Of a stretch of DNA of 64,000 nt, positions 49,725 to 58,874 are shown piece by piece. The stretch is from Candidatus Thorarchaeota archaeon (GTDB lineage: Archaea; Asgardarchaeota; Thorarchaeia; Thorarchaeales; Thorarchaeaceae): the NCBI GenBank assembly GCA_048884785.1, contig JBHLQM010000002.1:71672-135671 (forward strand). Reading direction: 5' to 3'. The translations under genes were made by a program, and so were the position numbers. Within the stretch, counting starts at the first letter, position 1. Every line of letters starts with the position of its first letter. The notes beneath the pieces are model-generated. The model was given only the letters and a program-made list of their open reading frames with translations. It ran no database searches and had not been told where the DNA came from.

Positions 49725-50276
49725 GTGAAACTTGTTGAATTGGCTCGGAAGTCGCTTTCTATCCTAAAGGAGATTGGAGAGGAAGGAATTAGGAGCGATG
49801 AGCTTGCGGATGTTTTGAGGGTTCCAAAGAGAAGGGTCTACGATGTTGTTGCGGTGCTGAAGGCTCTTGATCATGTTGACACCAAAAGACGCTTCAATGG
49901 GACCACAGTCACTTGGGTTGACCGATCCAAAGAGTTCGTTCCTAAGAAAGAGTATGATATTTTGAAGTCTCGACTTGAAGACGAGAGTTCAGCAAGAAGG
50001 GAGATTCAAACACAACTGGCCGAGGTAAAAGAACAGCTAAGAATAACACGTTCAAAACTGAGGTTGGATGTTCAGGCAGTCGAATGCGCAAAGAAGACCG
50101 AGTTCAATACTACCTATCTCAGAATACGCGCTTTATCAGGACGTGGATTCAAACGAGTCGCTGATTCAGGGCATGAAGCCATTGTTGAAACTTATGAACC
50201 TGGACTCATTGTTGATCCATCTGAAGTGGAAATTGACGAGAATGAGTCAATTCTAAAGAATATCAAGAGCGTTTGA
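49725..50276 (+). CDS. E2F/DP-like winged-helix transcription factor with coiled coil and beta-rich C-terminus
   Basis: LADVLRVPKRRVYDVVAVLKAL...VTWV carries the E2F/DP RRxYD signature, followed by a heptad region. GGGGTG RBS before GTG 49725; ORF opens at 49674. Confidence 0.8.
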   Translation: MKLVELARKSLSILKEIGEEGIRSDELADVLRVPKRRVYDVVAVLKALDHVDTKRRFNGTTVTWVDRSKEFVPKKEYDILKSRLEDESSARREIQTQLAEVKEQLRITRSKLRLDVQAVECAKKTEFNTTYLRIRALSGRGFKRVADSGHEAIVETYEPGLIVDPSEVEIDENESILKNIKSV

Positions 50277-50279
50277 AAA

Positions 50280-50660
50280 TCAGTCTTTGAGGCGTAGTGT
50301 GACTTGACTGCCTCTTCGCACATTCTTGATATTATCCAGTATATCATCACTTGAAGTTACTGAACCAAGAATATTCACAGGACTGAATGTATTCATGTCC
50401 TGAAGATAGATGCAAAGGGAATCTCCAAGTGGCATGTATGCAATATCCCCTCTTTTTGCGACCTTTGTAGGTTTCAAATTTCCTTTGGAAATCCCTAGTG
50501 TGATTTTCATTTCACCTCTTAGGTATGCAGTTTTTCCTTCAAGTGGGAGTCTGGATTTAATTTCTTCAATAAGTAGAGGACCTAGAACTCGATCCAAAGA
50601 GGCAGTCAATATGAGACCTTTTTCAAATACAATCTCAATCGGAACATCACTCTCAGTCAT
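50280..50660 (-). CDS. Cyclophilin-like fold protein (DUF369/TM1367 type)
   Basis: LPLEG...GDIAYMPLGDSLCIY...SPVNILG. Confidence 0.8.
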   Translation of the reverse strand: MTESDVPIEIVFEKGLILTASLDRVLGPLLIEEIKSRLPLEGKTAYLRGEMKITLGISKGNLKPTKVAKRGDIAYMPLGDSLCIYLQDMNTFSPVNILGSVTSSDDILDNIKNVRRGSQVTLRLKD

Positions 50661-50730
50661 AGTGCACCACAGAATTTCTAATAACTAGGCGACTAAAATC
50701 TGCTTTGGCACCGCTATTCTGAAAAGGCTT

Positions 50731-51897
50731 ATGTGTCCACAGGCATCTGATTCAAATGGGGTGGAACGCATTCACGTCGCCAAACTAGATGTGGCATTTG
50801 TAGTAGATACAACTGGTTCAATGAAAGATGATATCAGAGCTGTCAAGGATTCTCTATTTGATATTGTTGACAAAGTAGTTTCTAAAACTGAAGGATTATC
50901 CATTAGGTTCGGGATAGTGTCCTATAGGGATCATCCTCCTCAGGATAGAACCTATGTCACTAGAGTTTTTGATTTCACATCAAAGATAAAAGATGTTCAT
51001 ACAGAGATATCACGTCTTCGTCCTTCGGAAGGCGGCGACACTCCTGAAGCTGTGGCTGATGGTCTTTTTGATGCAAGAACGAAACTGACATGGGAAAAGG
51101 ATGCGTACAAAGTCCTACTTCTTGTTGGCGATGCTCCTCCTCATGGCAGATTGTATAACTCACTCAGTGACGATTACTTCCCTGATGGCTGTCCCAGAGG
51201 CCATGATCCTTGTAGAGAGGTACAAGATCTAGTCAAGGATTTTGGTACAACGATTTTTGTGTTTGTTCTCGGCTGCAATCCACTTGTAGAGCAATCATTT
51301 AGAAAAATCGCGTCTGCAACAGAGAATGGAGAATATTACTCTTTATCCAGGGCACATGAACTTCCAGAGGCAATTCTGCGAATCCTTGAGGGAGTTAGCG
51401 ATTTAATTGAAGAAGACCGGAAGGTTTTGGCATTTTATGAGGCTAACGATGGAATTTTCGACATAGGAAATGCCGCTCAGGAAATAGGAATGGAAGTCAG
51501 ACAGCTGAAAATCTCTCTCTCACGCCTTCTTGAGCTGGAACGAATCCCTCGATGGCCAAAGGGTCGGCCTCTGTCTCCTGATAAGATGGGCATCAAAGTT
51601 GTGCTAGGCGATGTACCTGATGCCCTTATTGCAGGAAGAGCCTTTAATTATCGTTTACGAGTAACCAATCCAAGTTCAACAATTCTAGGAATCAGGGTAA
51701 TTGTAACTCTTGTAACTGATGAAGGCGTATCCGAGATTACCAATGAACAGCATGAAATTGGTCCCCGAAATGATAGGCAAATTGAGCTAAGCTTGATACC
51801 TATGACAGAATCTAGAGAGAAAGCCAGTTTGCGGGTTGAAGTGTTTTATGGATCAAAAGCCGTGGCTCAGAAAATATACACCACACGAGTGTACTAA
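50731..51897 (+). CDS. vWA domain protein with intact MIDAS + wHTH + Ig-like C-terminal domain
   Basis: FVVDTTGSM, YRDHPP, GGDTPEA, GDAPPH; then AAQEIGMEVRQLKISLSRL and a beta-rich tail. Confidence 0.85.
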   Translation: MCPQASDSNGVERIHVAKLDVAFVVDTTGSMKDDIRAVKDSLFDIVDKVVSKTEGLSIRFGIVSYRDHPPQDRTYVTRVFDFTSKIKDVHTEISRLRPSEGGDTPEAVADGLFDARTKLTWEKDAYKVLLLVGDAPPHGRLYNSLSDDYFPDGCPRGHDPCREVQDLVKDFGTTIFVFVLGCNPLVEQSFRKIASATENGEYYSLSRAHELPEAILRILEGVSDLIEEDRKVLAFYEANDGIFDIGNAAQEIGMEVRQLKISLSRLLELERIPRWPKGRPLSPDKMGIKVVLGDVPDALIAGRAFNYRLRVTNPSSTILGIRVIVTLVTDEGVSEITNEQHEIGPRNDRQIELSLIPMTESREKASLRVEVFYGSKAVAQKIYTTRVY

Positions 51898-51911
51898 GCG
51901 GTGAGGATAGA

Positions 51912-53075
51912 GTGCAGCTTAAGGCGATCAGAGGACGAAACCAACGCGGATTATCATTCCTAGCTACCGGAAGCGGATTGGTAGACAAGACTGTCAGAAT
52001 AACACTTGGTTCAAATAGCATCCTCACTCGAATTCGTGATTCTCCAAAGGTCCCCTCAGATTTGATAGTCATTGACAGCCGACTCTACGACTCTCTTGGA
52101 GCAAAAGCAGGCGCAGAAGTGGAGGTTGCTGTTGTGAATTCAAAGATACCCTCCTGTACTGAATTGACATTGGTCGTTTCAGCAAAGCAAGATATCGATA
52201 CCAAAGATGTTGTAAAAGACCTATCTAACAGAATTGAGATTTTAGAGGAACACATCGACGGTCTGATTCTGAGATGTCGCCAAATCATTAGAATCCCGCC
52301 ACTTGGAATCTCAGTAAAAGTACGTGATATTCATCCGGTTTCAAGCGATCTTGGAGTAGCAATCCTAGATTGGAAAAGGAACACGAAGATATACCTGCAG
52401 GCAGATTTAGGGACAAAATGCTTCAATCTCATCTTAGTTACTGATGTCGGAGCCGCATCAAAAAAGGCCGACATTTCGCTATCGCATTCAGATGTAGATA
52501 TTGCCGGAGACTCGGTGATGAAACGCCATGAAGCAGCGGACCAATTAACAAGGTCTCTAATTGATGCTATCTCATTATGCGAGGGTGACCCTCTCCTCTC
52601 TTCTATAATCTATTCCGAGGAGACTGATGTTTTCCGAATCAATGATTCATCCGATGAAGTTGATAATGAGGTCATTGATATACATTCGCCCAGCATTTCA
52701 GAAATTCATTCAAAGTGGATTTCCAATTCAAGTGATGCACATGCAGAAGACGCCTCGAATCCGTCACTGGGTATTGAGCGAGCATTTTCAATCGCCACGA
52801 AGCTAAGGTCAAAAAACCATCTTCCAACCCTCATAGTGCTTCTTTCAAGTGGAGCATACTCGCATGGAAAGAACCCCGTGGCTACTGCAAAGAAATATGC
52901 ATCAGTTGATCAGGGGATATCGCTGGCTTGTGTAGGGTTAGGAACCAGGTGTGAGGAATCTCTACTGGTTGGAATTGCTGATGCCGCAGGAGGAACAGTT
53001 GATATTATCAAGGAGATTGCAGATATTCCGATTGTTCGAGACCGTCTTATTCAAACAGCACAAAAGGAGGCATAG
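51912..53075 (+). CDS. CDC48-N-like two-lobe domain + degenerate vWA (paralog of 58875..60164)
   Basis: IVIDSRLYDSLGAKAGAEVEV barrel motif; TKDVV...LEEHIDG aligns with TEDLV...LEDLIGG; FNLILVTDVGA, LIVLLSSG, CVGLG. Confidence 0.75.
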   Translation: MQLKAIRGRNQRGLSFLATGSGLVDKTVRITLGSNSILTRIRDSPKVPSDLIVIDSRLYDSLGAKAGAEVEVAVVNSKIPSCTELTLVVSAKQDIDTKDVVKDLSNRIEILEEHIDGLILRCRQIIRIPPLGISVKVRDIHPVSSDLGVAILDWKRNTKIYLQADLGTKCFNLILVTDVGAASKKADISLSHSDVDIAGDSVMKRHEAADQLTRSLIDAISLCEGDPLLSSIIYSEETDVFRINDSSDEVDNEVIDIHSPSISEIHSKWISNSSDAHAEDASNPSLGIERAFSIATKLRSKNHLPTLIVLLSSGAYSHGKNPVATAKKYASVDQGISLACVGLGTRCEESLLVGIADAAGGTVDIIKEIADIPIVRDRLIQTAQKEA

Positions 53076-53111
53076 TTTCTGACAGAACAACTAAGATCCC
53101 GACTCGAAGCC

Positions 53112-54251
53112 ATGTATGCAGGCGGAGAGATTATGGGGCACATCTCAGTAAAATTACCAGGAAGCAAAATAGCGGCAGGATGGATTGAACGGGGAATCAT
53201 TGCACAAGGGATTGGTGGCCATTTAGGTTCAAAAGAAAATCAAGAAAAATTCGCAATACCACTGAGCATAACAATGAGGTTTGTTGTTGATAGAGGGATT
53301 GATTCTGAAGGCGATTCTGGTATTCTAATCCTAGGGGAAAAAGGTTCAGAAAGAGAGAAATTTGTGGTTATATTCCAAAACAATTTCACAGAACGAAATG
53401 TAACCAAGATTATCTCAGCGTTTTGGCTAAAATCCGATTCACCAAAAGAGATACTCCAGCTGTTTACACGTTCAGTTCTTAATCATCAATTTGTGGAGCC
53501 TAACGTAGAGCCACCAATTGATTATGTTGAGTATATACGAGAAAGCGCTTCTGTCTTGAATTGTACAGAAGGATTTGCATTGGAGATTCCACAGAATTGG
53601 AAAAAAAAGAGAAATTGGATACCAGAAACACTTCAAGGTGATTCAACAAGCTCAGTTCTATTCAAACATAAACATCCAAAGGATTCCATATCTCTAGCTT
53701 TATTGCTGAGCAACTGGATTGCAGAAATGAATGAAACCCTAAGAGTTACGAATTTAGTTGGAGCATGTTTCTTCCTTCGGTCAGATACTATAGAGAGTTT
53801 CCTCTGGGATGGACCTAGAAGTATTCTAACGTCATCTATTTTCGGGAGTTCAAATTTTGAAGCCATCTCAGTGAATACTCTTGCCTTTTTGTGGGAATCT
53901 ATGGACACACATATTTCCCAGATAGATTCCAAAGCTATCAGGAGCGAGGATGAACCTCTGCCAAAAGAAAGAGTAGTAGTCCCCCCCGAATATGAACGCC
54001 TGGCAAGCGTGGCAAGAGGGCTGCTTGGCAAGATAGATATTGAAGATATGTTTCGAAGAATTGAAAGAACCGAAGCTATACTAGGCGAGCTCGAAAGAGC
54101 TAGCAGTACCAAACCAGACGAAGAGAAACCAAAATTACCGACTCATATTGAATCAAGACTTCGTGATGCATTAGACCAGCTTGAAAACCTGGCGACTCGA
54201 CTCATAGAAATGGAACAACGAATTCAAGCTATATGTAATCAATTGGAGTAA
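53112..54251 (+). CDS. Hypothetical protein with C-terminal coiled coil
   Basis: 379-aa ORF (alternative ATG 53133 after GGAG); heptads in the last ~80 aa. Confidence 0.7.
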   Translation: MYAGGEIMGHISVKLPGSKIAAGWIERGIIAQGIGGHLGSKENQEKFAIPLSITMRFVVDRGIDSEGDSGILILGEKGSEREKFVVIFQNNFTERNVTKIISAFWLKSDSPKEILQLFTRSVLNHQFVEPNVEPPIDYVEYIRESASVLNCTEGFALEIPQNWKKKRNWIPETLQGDSTSSVLFKHKHPKDSISLALLLSNWIAEMNETLRVTNLVGACFFLRSDTIESFLWDGPRSILTSSIFGSSNFEAISVNTLAFLWESMDTHISQIDSKAIRSEDEPLPKERVVVPPEYERLASVARGLLGKIDIEDMFRRIERTEAILGELERASSTKPDEEKPKLPTHIESRLRDALDQLENLATRLIEMEQRIQAICNQLE

Positions 54252-54258
54252 TTGAATA

Positions 54259-54528
54259 ATGACAGATGCTTGGATCTCGCAGATGAATATGCTCCTGCAT
54301 TCTCTAGAAGAGATAGATGAAGCCAGGATAAGAATTCGGGAAGTTGAATCTAGGATATTGGATTTCACAAAAGGCAAAGAGGCATCATTGGAGAAGGAAG
54401 GGATCAAAGAATCATCAGATATTTCCTTGATTGATGAGGTCCTTCGCTTTATTGAAGATGTAGAACTATCTGTAAACCGCTTGGATATTCGCCTATCCGC
54501 AATTGAACGCTTAGTAAAAAAAGAGTGA
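54259..54528 (+). CDS. Small coiled-coil protein
   Basis: 89 aa, GGAG RBS, two amphipathic helices. Confidence 0.65.
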   Translation: MTDAWISQMNMLLHSLEEIDEARIRIREVESRILDFTKGKEASLEKEGIKESSDISLIDEVLRFIEDVELSVNRLDIRLSAIERLVKKE

Positions 54529-54541
54529 TAATTTGCCTATC

Positions 54542-57166
54542 CTAACGTGGCGAAATCTGCTTTATCACTGATTGCAAATATCCTAAATAATCAAACATGG
54601 AGAGCTCATTAAGGGGCAGAATTCTTACTTTCAATCCCTTCAAAATACTTTGAGCTCTCGTTGTTTCAAATCCATTGCCAATACCGATTAATTCTAGATG
54701 ATAGTTTACACTGCCTGAGATAGCTTTTGTATACGAGTCAATCTCAGCTTCTTGACCCTCTAGATTGCTAGCGCATATTATCACTATTGTCGGCCGGTCA
54801 CCACCAAAATCCTCAAGCATCTCAGCAATGCTTCTAAAGATTCCCGTGGGATTAGTTGGGCCTTCAGGTAGCTCTCCTGAATCAAGAATTGAATAGATCA
54901 GGGATGTGATCACTTCATTGTTATTCATGTCGTCATACAATTCAATATAGTCCTGTGAAGTTGCCCCTTTCTGGATAGAGAATTTCATAGGTGAACTACC
55001 AGCAAATATAATTCCCATCTTTCCATCTGATCTATTGCGCTTCATTCGCATAAGTGTCAGCAATCCAATAATAGTCGAAACATCCCCTCTCGAAACTGTC
55101 GTACCCAATCCTTTCAGATACTGTTGCAAATCAATATTTCCTTCAGCAAATGGCTCTAGGTATTTTTTAAGAGATGTAGGAGTTGCCAGTTGCACATCCC
55201 GTGTCTTCATCTCGCTTCCTGTTGAGAGAATAAGTAGAATATTCAGGTCGTTGAGAAAGACCCTAGGCTGGATTTCAACAAGGGTATCGCCAATTCTTGC
55301 TAATTGATTTCGCTCTATAGCTGGTTCAGTATATGCCACATCAAGTTCCACACCTTTTGAAGTCACAAACCTACTACCAATTCCTATCAAGTGGCTGGAT
55401 ATTCTTTTTATTATCTCATCTCTCTCAATGTGAAGATGTGTAGATAGTTCGGATTCTGTAAATCCTGGGACGTCTTCATAAGTCAAGAGGACACTCGTCA
55501 AATCTGCAACTTTGTCAACATATCTTATTACATCCAATTTTGAAGACTGCGTGAGACCATAGCATTTAGAATCATTGGCACTGAGCCCAAGATTTCTTGA
55601 GGGACAGGTTTTACTGGGATTTACACTAGCTCCCCACCAATGACCAGAATTTGCATCAAGGATTGTTACTGTATTACCAGATTTCACTCCAATTGCCTTC
55701 ATGTCTCCTGAACACATCGATATTTTACCTGGATCGATTTCGTCATTTTCAATGCCAAATTGTAGAGATGACATCACTTCCTTTGTAGCGCTCACTCCCA
55801 AAGCATTCAGGAATGTGTTATTAAAGGCGGAAATATGACTCGGAGCATCAAGTACTGGTCCCTTATCTGCCGCCACAATGCTTGTCCTGAAGGCTTTTGC
55901 GTTTCTTGGTGTAACTGATTCTGAAAATACAGGGTTCCAAGCTACAAGCCTAAGAGATCCGCCTTGTTCTCGATGAAGGGCGACACTGTTTGCCAATCCT
56001 GTTTTGATGTCTTCCACTGTGAGTATTCCAGAGTCAAAATCAACAAGGCCATTATTAGAATCTAGCATAAAATCGAATGATATTATGTCCTGTATTTTTC
56101 TTACAGAGAGAACACGTAGGAGCCGGGATATTTCTAGTAGGGCAGTCTTCCCTAGTTTCCCCTCAGCGAGAGCTGTGTTTTCATTAAACCTGTATCCAAG
56201 AAAAGATGGTCTCACAGGCAACAGCGAGAGAATATTACCTGCCAGGATTCTTTGTAAATCCTCTAGTGTGGCTCCCATATTCTTACTGAGGATAAAGCTA
56301 AGTATCTCTGGAACTGTATCACCTAGTTGGGTTTCCGGATATGCACTTGAAAATATCAGCTTCTCCGACCAATGCATATCAGTATCAGTCTTCTTCAGAA
56401 CATTGATTATAGTTGATAGTGATCCTATTGTCGCACCAGATGTTAGCAGGCGTGTCCTAGGGAGTTCCAGAAGTGCAAGTATATGTTCTTCTAGATGCTT
56501 ATGAGAGGGCACCAAGAAGACCACTTCTGGTTGTGGAAGAGCCGCTTCCTTTACAAAAACGAGCCATTCAAGTATCTCATCTATCGCACGCATTTCATTC
56601 AGATGTAAATAGATTGGCTCTCTGTTCTTAATGCATTGAATCAAAGCATCTTTGTCTTTTCCTTCAAAAACATTCGACAAACTAGACGCATCAAGTAGAC
56701 ATCCCCATCCCGCAGGGATTTTCAGACCATGTCCCAAATTTCTCAAGGCGTATATGCGGGAAGAAAACTCTGATTTGGCTCCCCATCGAAAGCATGAATC
56801 TATGTTATTTCTTTGCTGAAACCTTGGAAGTGCCTTATTAGATACCTCAGTCAGTGGATGCGCTACAAACATGTCTGCAATCCATGAACCATCGACTGAA
56901 CTTGGGTTGCTATCGTAGATATCTGCAAGAAGAGGAGGTCGCGATAGGTATGAATAGGCTCTTCTCGGGAGATACCGAAATGAAGTCGCATATTGTGACG
57001 CCAAGTCATATACTTGAGAGCCAACAAGGTCATAGAATCTCAGGAGCCTTTCAGGGTCGAACGAGCGAATACTGGCTCCTAATTGTATGATTCCCAACTT
57101 AACGCTGGCGTCCACTAATAGGAGCTGCTTGAGCTCATTCGTTTCTCTGTCCTCTACGACTAACAT
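54542..57166 (-). CDS. Fusion of inactive amidohydrolase-like barrel + CDC48-N-like domain + degenerate vWA
   Basis: N-half aligns with 57297..58805 (MLVV...VDA, HWSE.L.F, QRIL.GN.LS) but lacks the metal ligands. C-half aligns with 58875..60164 (WGA, MKT.DV, TVSR, PT, IG.G). Confidence 0.8.
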   Translation of the reverse strand: MLVVEDRETNELKQLLLVDASVKLGIIQLGASIRSFDPERLLRFYDLVGSQVYDLASQYATSFRYLPRRAYSYLSRPPLLADIYDSNPSSVDGSWIADMFVAHPLTEVSNKALPRFQQRNNIDSCFRWGAKSEFSSRIYALRNLGHGLKIPAGWGCLLDASSLSNVFEGKDKDALIQCIKNREPIYLHLNEMRAIDEILEWLVFVKEAALPQPEVVFLVPSHKHLEEHILALLELPRTRLLTSGATIGSLSTIINVLKKTDTDMHWSEKLIFSSAYPETQLGDTVPEILSFILSKNMGATLEDLQRILAGNILSLLPVRPSFLGYRFNENTALAEGKLGKTALLEISRLLRVLSVRKIQDIISFDFMLDSNNGLVDFDSGILTVEDIKTGLANSVALHREQGGSLRLVAWNPVFSESVTPRNAKAFRTSIVAADKGPVLDAPSHISAFNNTFLNALGVSATKEVMSSLQFGIENDEIDPGKISMCSGDMKAIGVKSGNTVTILDANSGHWWGASVNPSKTCPSRNLGLSANDSKCYGLTQSSKLDVIRYVDKVADLTSVLLTYEDVPGFTESELSTHLHIERDEIIKRISSHLIGIGSRFVTSKGVELDVAYTEPAIERNQLARIGDTLVEIQPRVFLNDLNILLILSTGSEMKTRDVQLATPTSLKKYLEPFAEGNIDLQQYLKGLGTTVSRGDVSTIIGLLTLMRMKRNRSDGKMGIIFAGSSPMKFSIQKGATSQDYIELYDDMNNNEVITSLIYSILDSGELPEGPTNPTGIFRSIAEMLEDFGGDRPTIVIICASNLEGQEAEIDSYTKAISGSVNYHLELIGIGNGFETTRAQSILKGLKVRILPLNELSMFDYLGYLQSVIKQISPR

Positions 57167-57296
57167 CCAATGCTCTTCCTGAAGGTTTCATGCAATTCGT
57201 GTTTGTGAAGCAATTTATGCATAATGAAGCTTTTCAAAGAATGGGAATAGTTTATCACTGGTGGCTCTTTTCACCTTAGAGAGGCATGCTATAATA

Positions 57297-58805
57297 ATGC
57301 TTGTTGTCCGAGCTCTTGATGATGCACCTGAGCAAGGTGTGCGAAAGGATGACATTTATCGACTGTATATAGTCGATGCTCACCATCATATGGGTAAAGA
57401 AAAAACACATCGAAATACACCCGGTGGCGCATATGACTTCTACCAGCTCTTGTGGTTTGAAATGAAGCGGCTTTCTCAGCATGAACTTGAGAATGATAGT
57501 CTGCTGTTTGAGCCTGTAGATGTAGTTGCTTCTCCGTTCCCCTCTAGTGTCTTCTCAAGTAGAGATAGCTGGTCCCGAATGAATCACGGGTGGCTTGTCG
57601 ATAGAACGATTGCATTTCCATATTCAGATGACTATTCAAAAACAGGGAAAGATGGTGAAGCATCATTTAAGGTTTCAAATGATAAAATCGCAGGATGGAC
57701 AACACGTGCTCCTCACTCGACAAGGCTTATTGGTTTCGGACGTGTTGATCCACAAGATGCCAAAAAAGGTAATCCTGACATTGCTGTAAGAGAATTAGAC
57801 CGAGCTGTTCTTACTCTTGGATTAAGAGGATTGAAACTACACCCGCTTGCTCAGCTGTTCATTGATGAATTGGAGGGTGACATAACCAAGAGGATCCTAA
57901 AGCGAGCTGGTGAACTTGGAATCCCTGCAATTTTTGATACGAGAAATATAAAGACAGTGATTCGAATAAAGCATCTTGTTGATGCCATGAGTGAAGATCC
58001 AGTGTATTCACAGGCCGCAAAGAAACTAAACATCATATTGGCCCATTGTGGAATGAGTCCTGGTGACTCCAAATTATATGACATTTTGAGGGATCCACGT
58101 TTCTCTGCAGATACTTCTACACTGCATGATCAAGACATTCCGCTGCTTTGTGATATGGCCATAAATCGAATAAATACTCCCGCAAAACATTGGTCTGAGA
58201 GCTTGCTATTTGGGACAGATTATAGTTTCCTCTCAACTCAAGCAGCAGAAGTCATTCTTTACACCCTCTCAAGGGATTTTCCAGGCAGATTGAGTGACGC
58301 TCAACGGATTCTAGGCGGAAATGCACTTTCAATAATTCAACAGCCATTCAAGACAACCAGAAGGAGTAGAAGATATCCTCGCCAATTATCCTGCCCCAAT
58401 GAAGAAGGAAAGTCTAGATACATAATTGAAAAGGCGATTATCTCACTTCTTCATAATGGCGAATGGGACTTATCATCTCTTGATAGCATGCTACCACCTC
58501 TGCATACATGGCCTGAGTTACTGCCCGAAGAACTGGGAGGGTTTAACGGAGTATACACTGATTCATTACTGGCAACTCTTCAGTCAAAAGAGGAGGATTA
58601 TGAATTGCACCTCTGGATTCGAACGAATCCGGGTGATATTCTAACAGTTGCGGCCGTTGGAACAAAAGGCGAGGATTCACTCAAAACCTTGGAGTTTACA
58701 ACACAGAGAATTGGTGAGAGCTTACTTGAAGAACTCTCGAAAAACACACGTCACGAGAGCAATGCGCATTCTCTAGTGGACAGCATTCCAAGAATATTGA
58801 GGTAG
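57297..58805 (+). CDS. Amidohydrolase_2-type metal-dependent TIM-barrel enzyme with extra C-terminal domain
   Basis: VDAHHH, GLRGLKLHP, ILAHCG, LLFGTDY, ILGGNA. ATG 57297 chosen because the paralog also begins MLVV; ORF opens at 57261. Confidence 0.88.
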   Translation: MLVVRALDDAPEQGVRKDDIYRLYIVDAHHHMGKEKTHRNTPGGAYDFYQLLWFEMKRLSQHELENDSLLFEPVDVVASPFPSSVFSSRDSWSRMNHGWLVDRTIAFPYSDDYSKTGKDGEASFKVSNDKIAGWTTRAPHSTRLIGFGRVDPQDAKKGNPDIAVRELDRAVLTLGLRGLKLHPLAQLFIDELEGDITKRILKRAGELGIPAIFDTRNIKTVIRIKHLVDAMSEDPVYSQAAKKLNIILAHCGMSPGDSKLYDILRDPRFSADTSTLHDQDIPLLCDMAINRINTPAKHWSESLLFGTDYSFLSTQAAEVILYTLSRDFPGRLSDAQRILGGNALSIIQQPFKTTRRSRRYPRQLSCPNEEGKSRYIIEKAIISLLHNGEWDLSSLDSMLPPLHTWPELLPEELGGFNGVYTDSLLATLQSKEEDYELHLWIRTNPGDILTVAAVGTKGEDSLKTLEFTTQRIGESLLEELSKNTRHESNAHSLVDSIPRILR

Positions 58806-58874
58806 ATGCCTGATGCACTATCCTTTATATCGTTACATGCTTTGATTAAATTAGGAGTCTAGGAGGCTTTTGCT

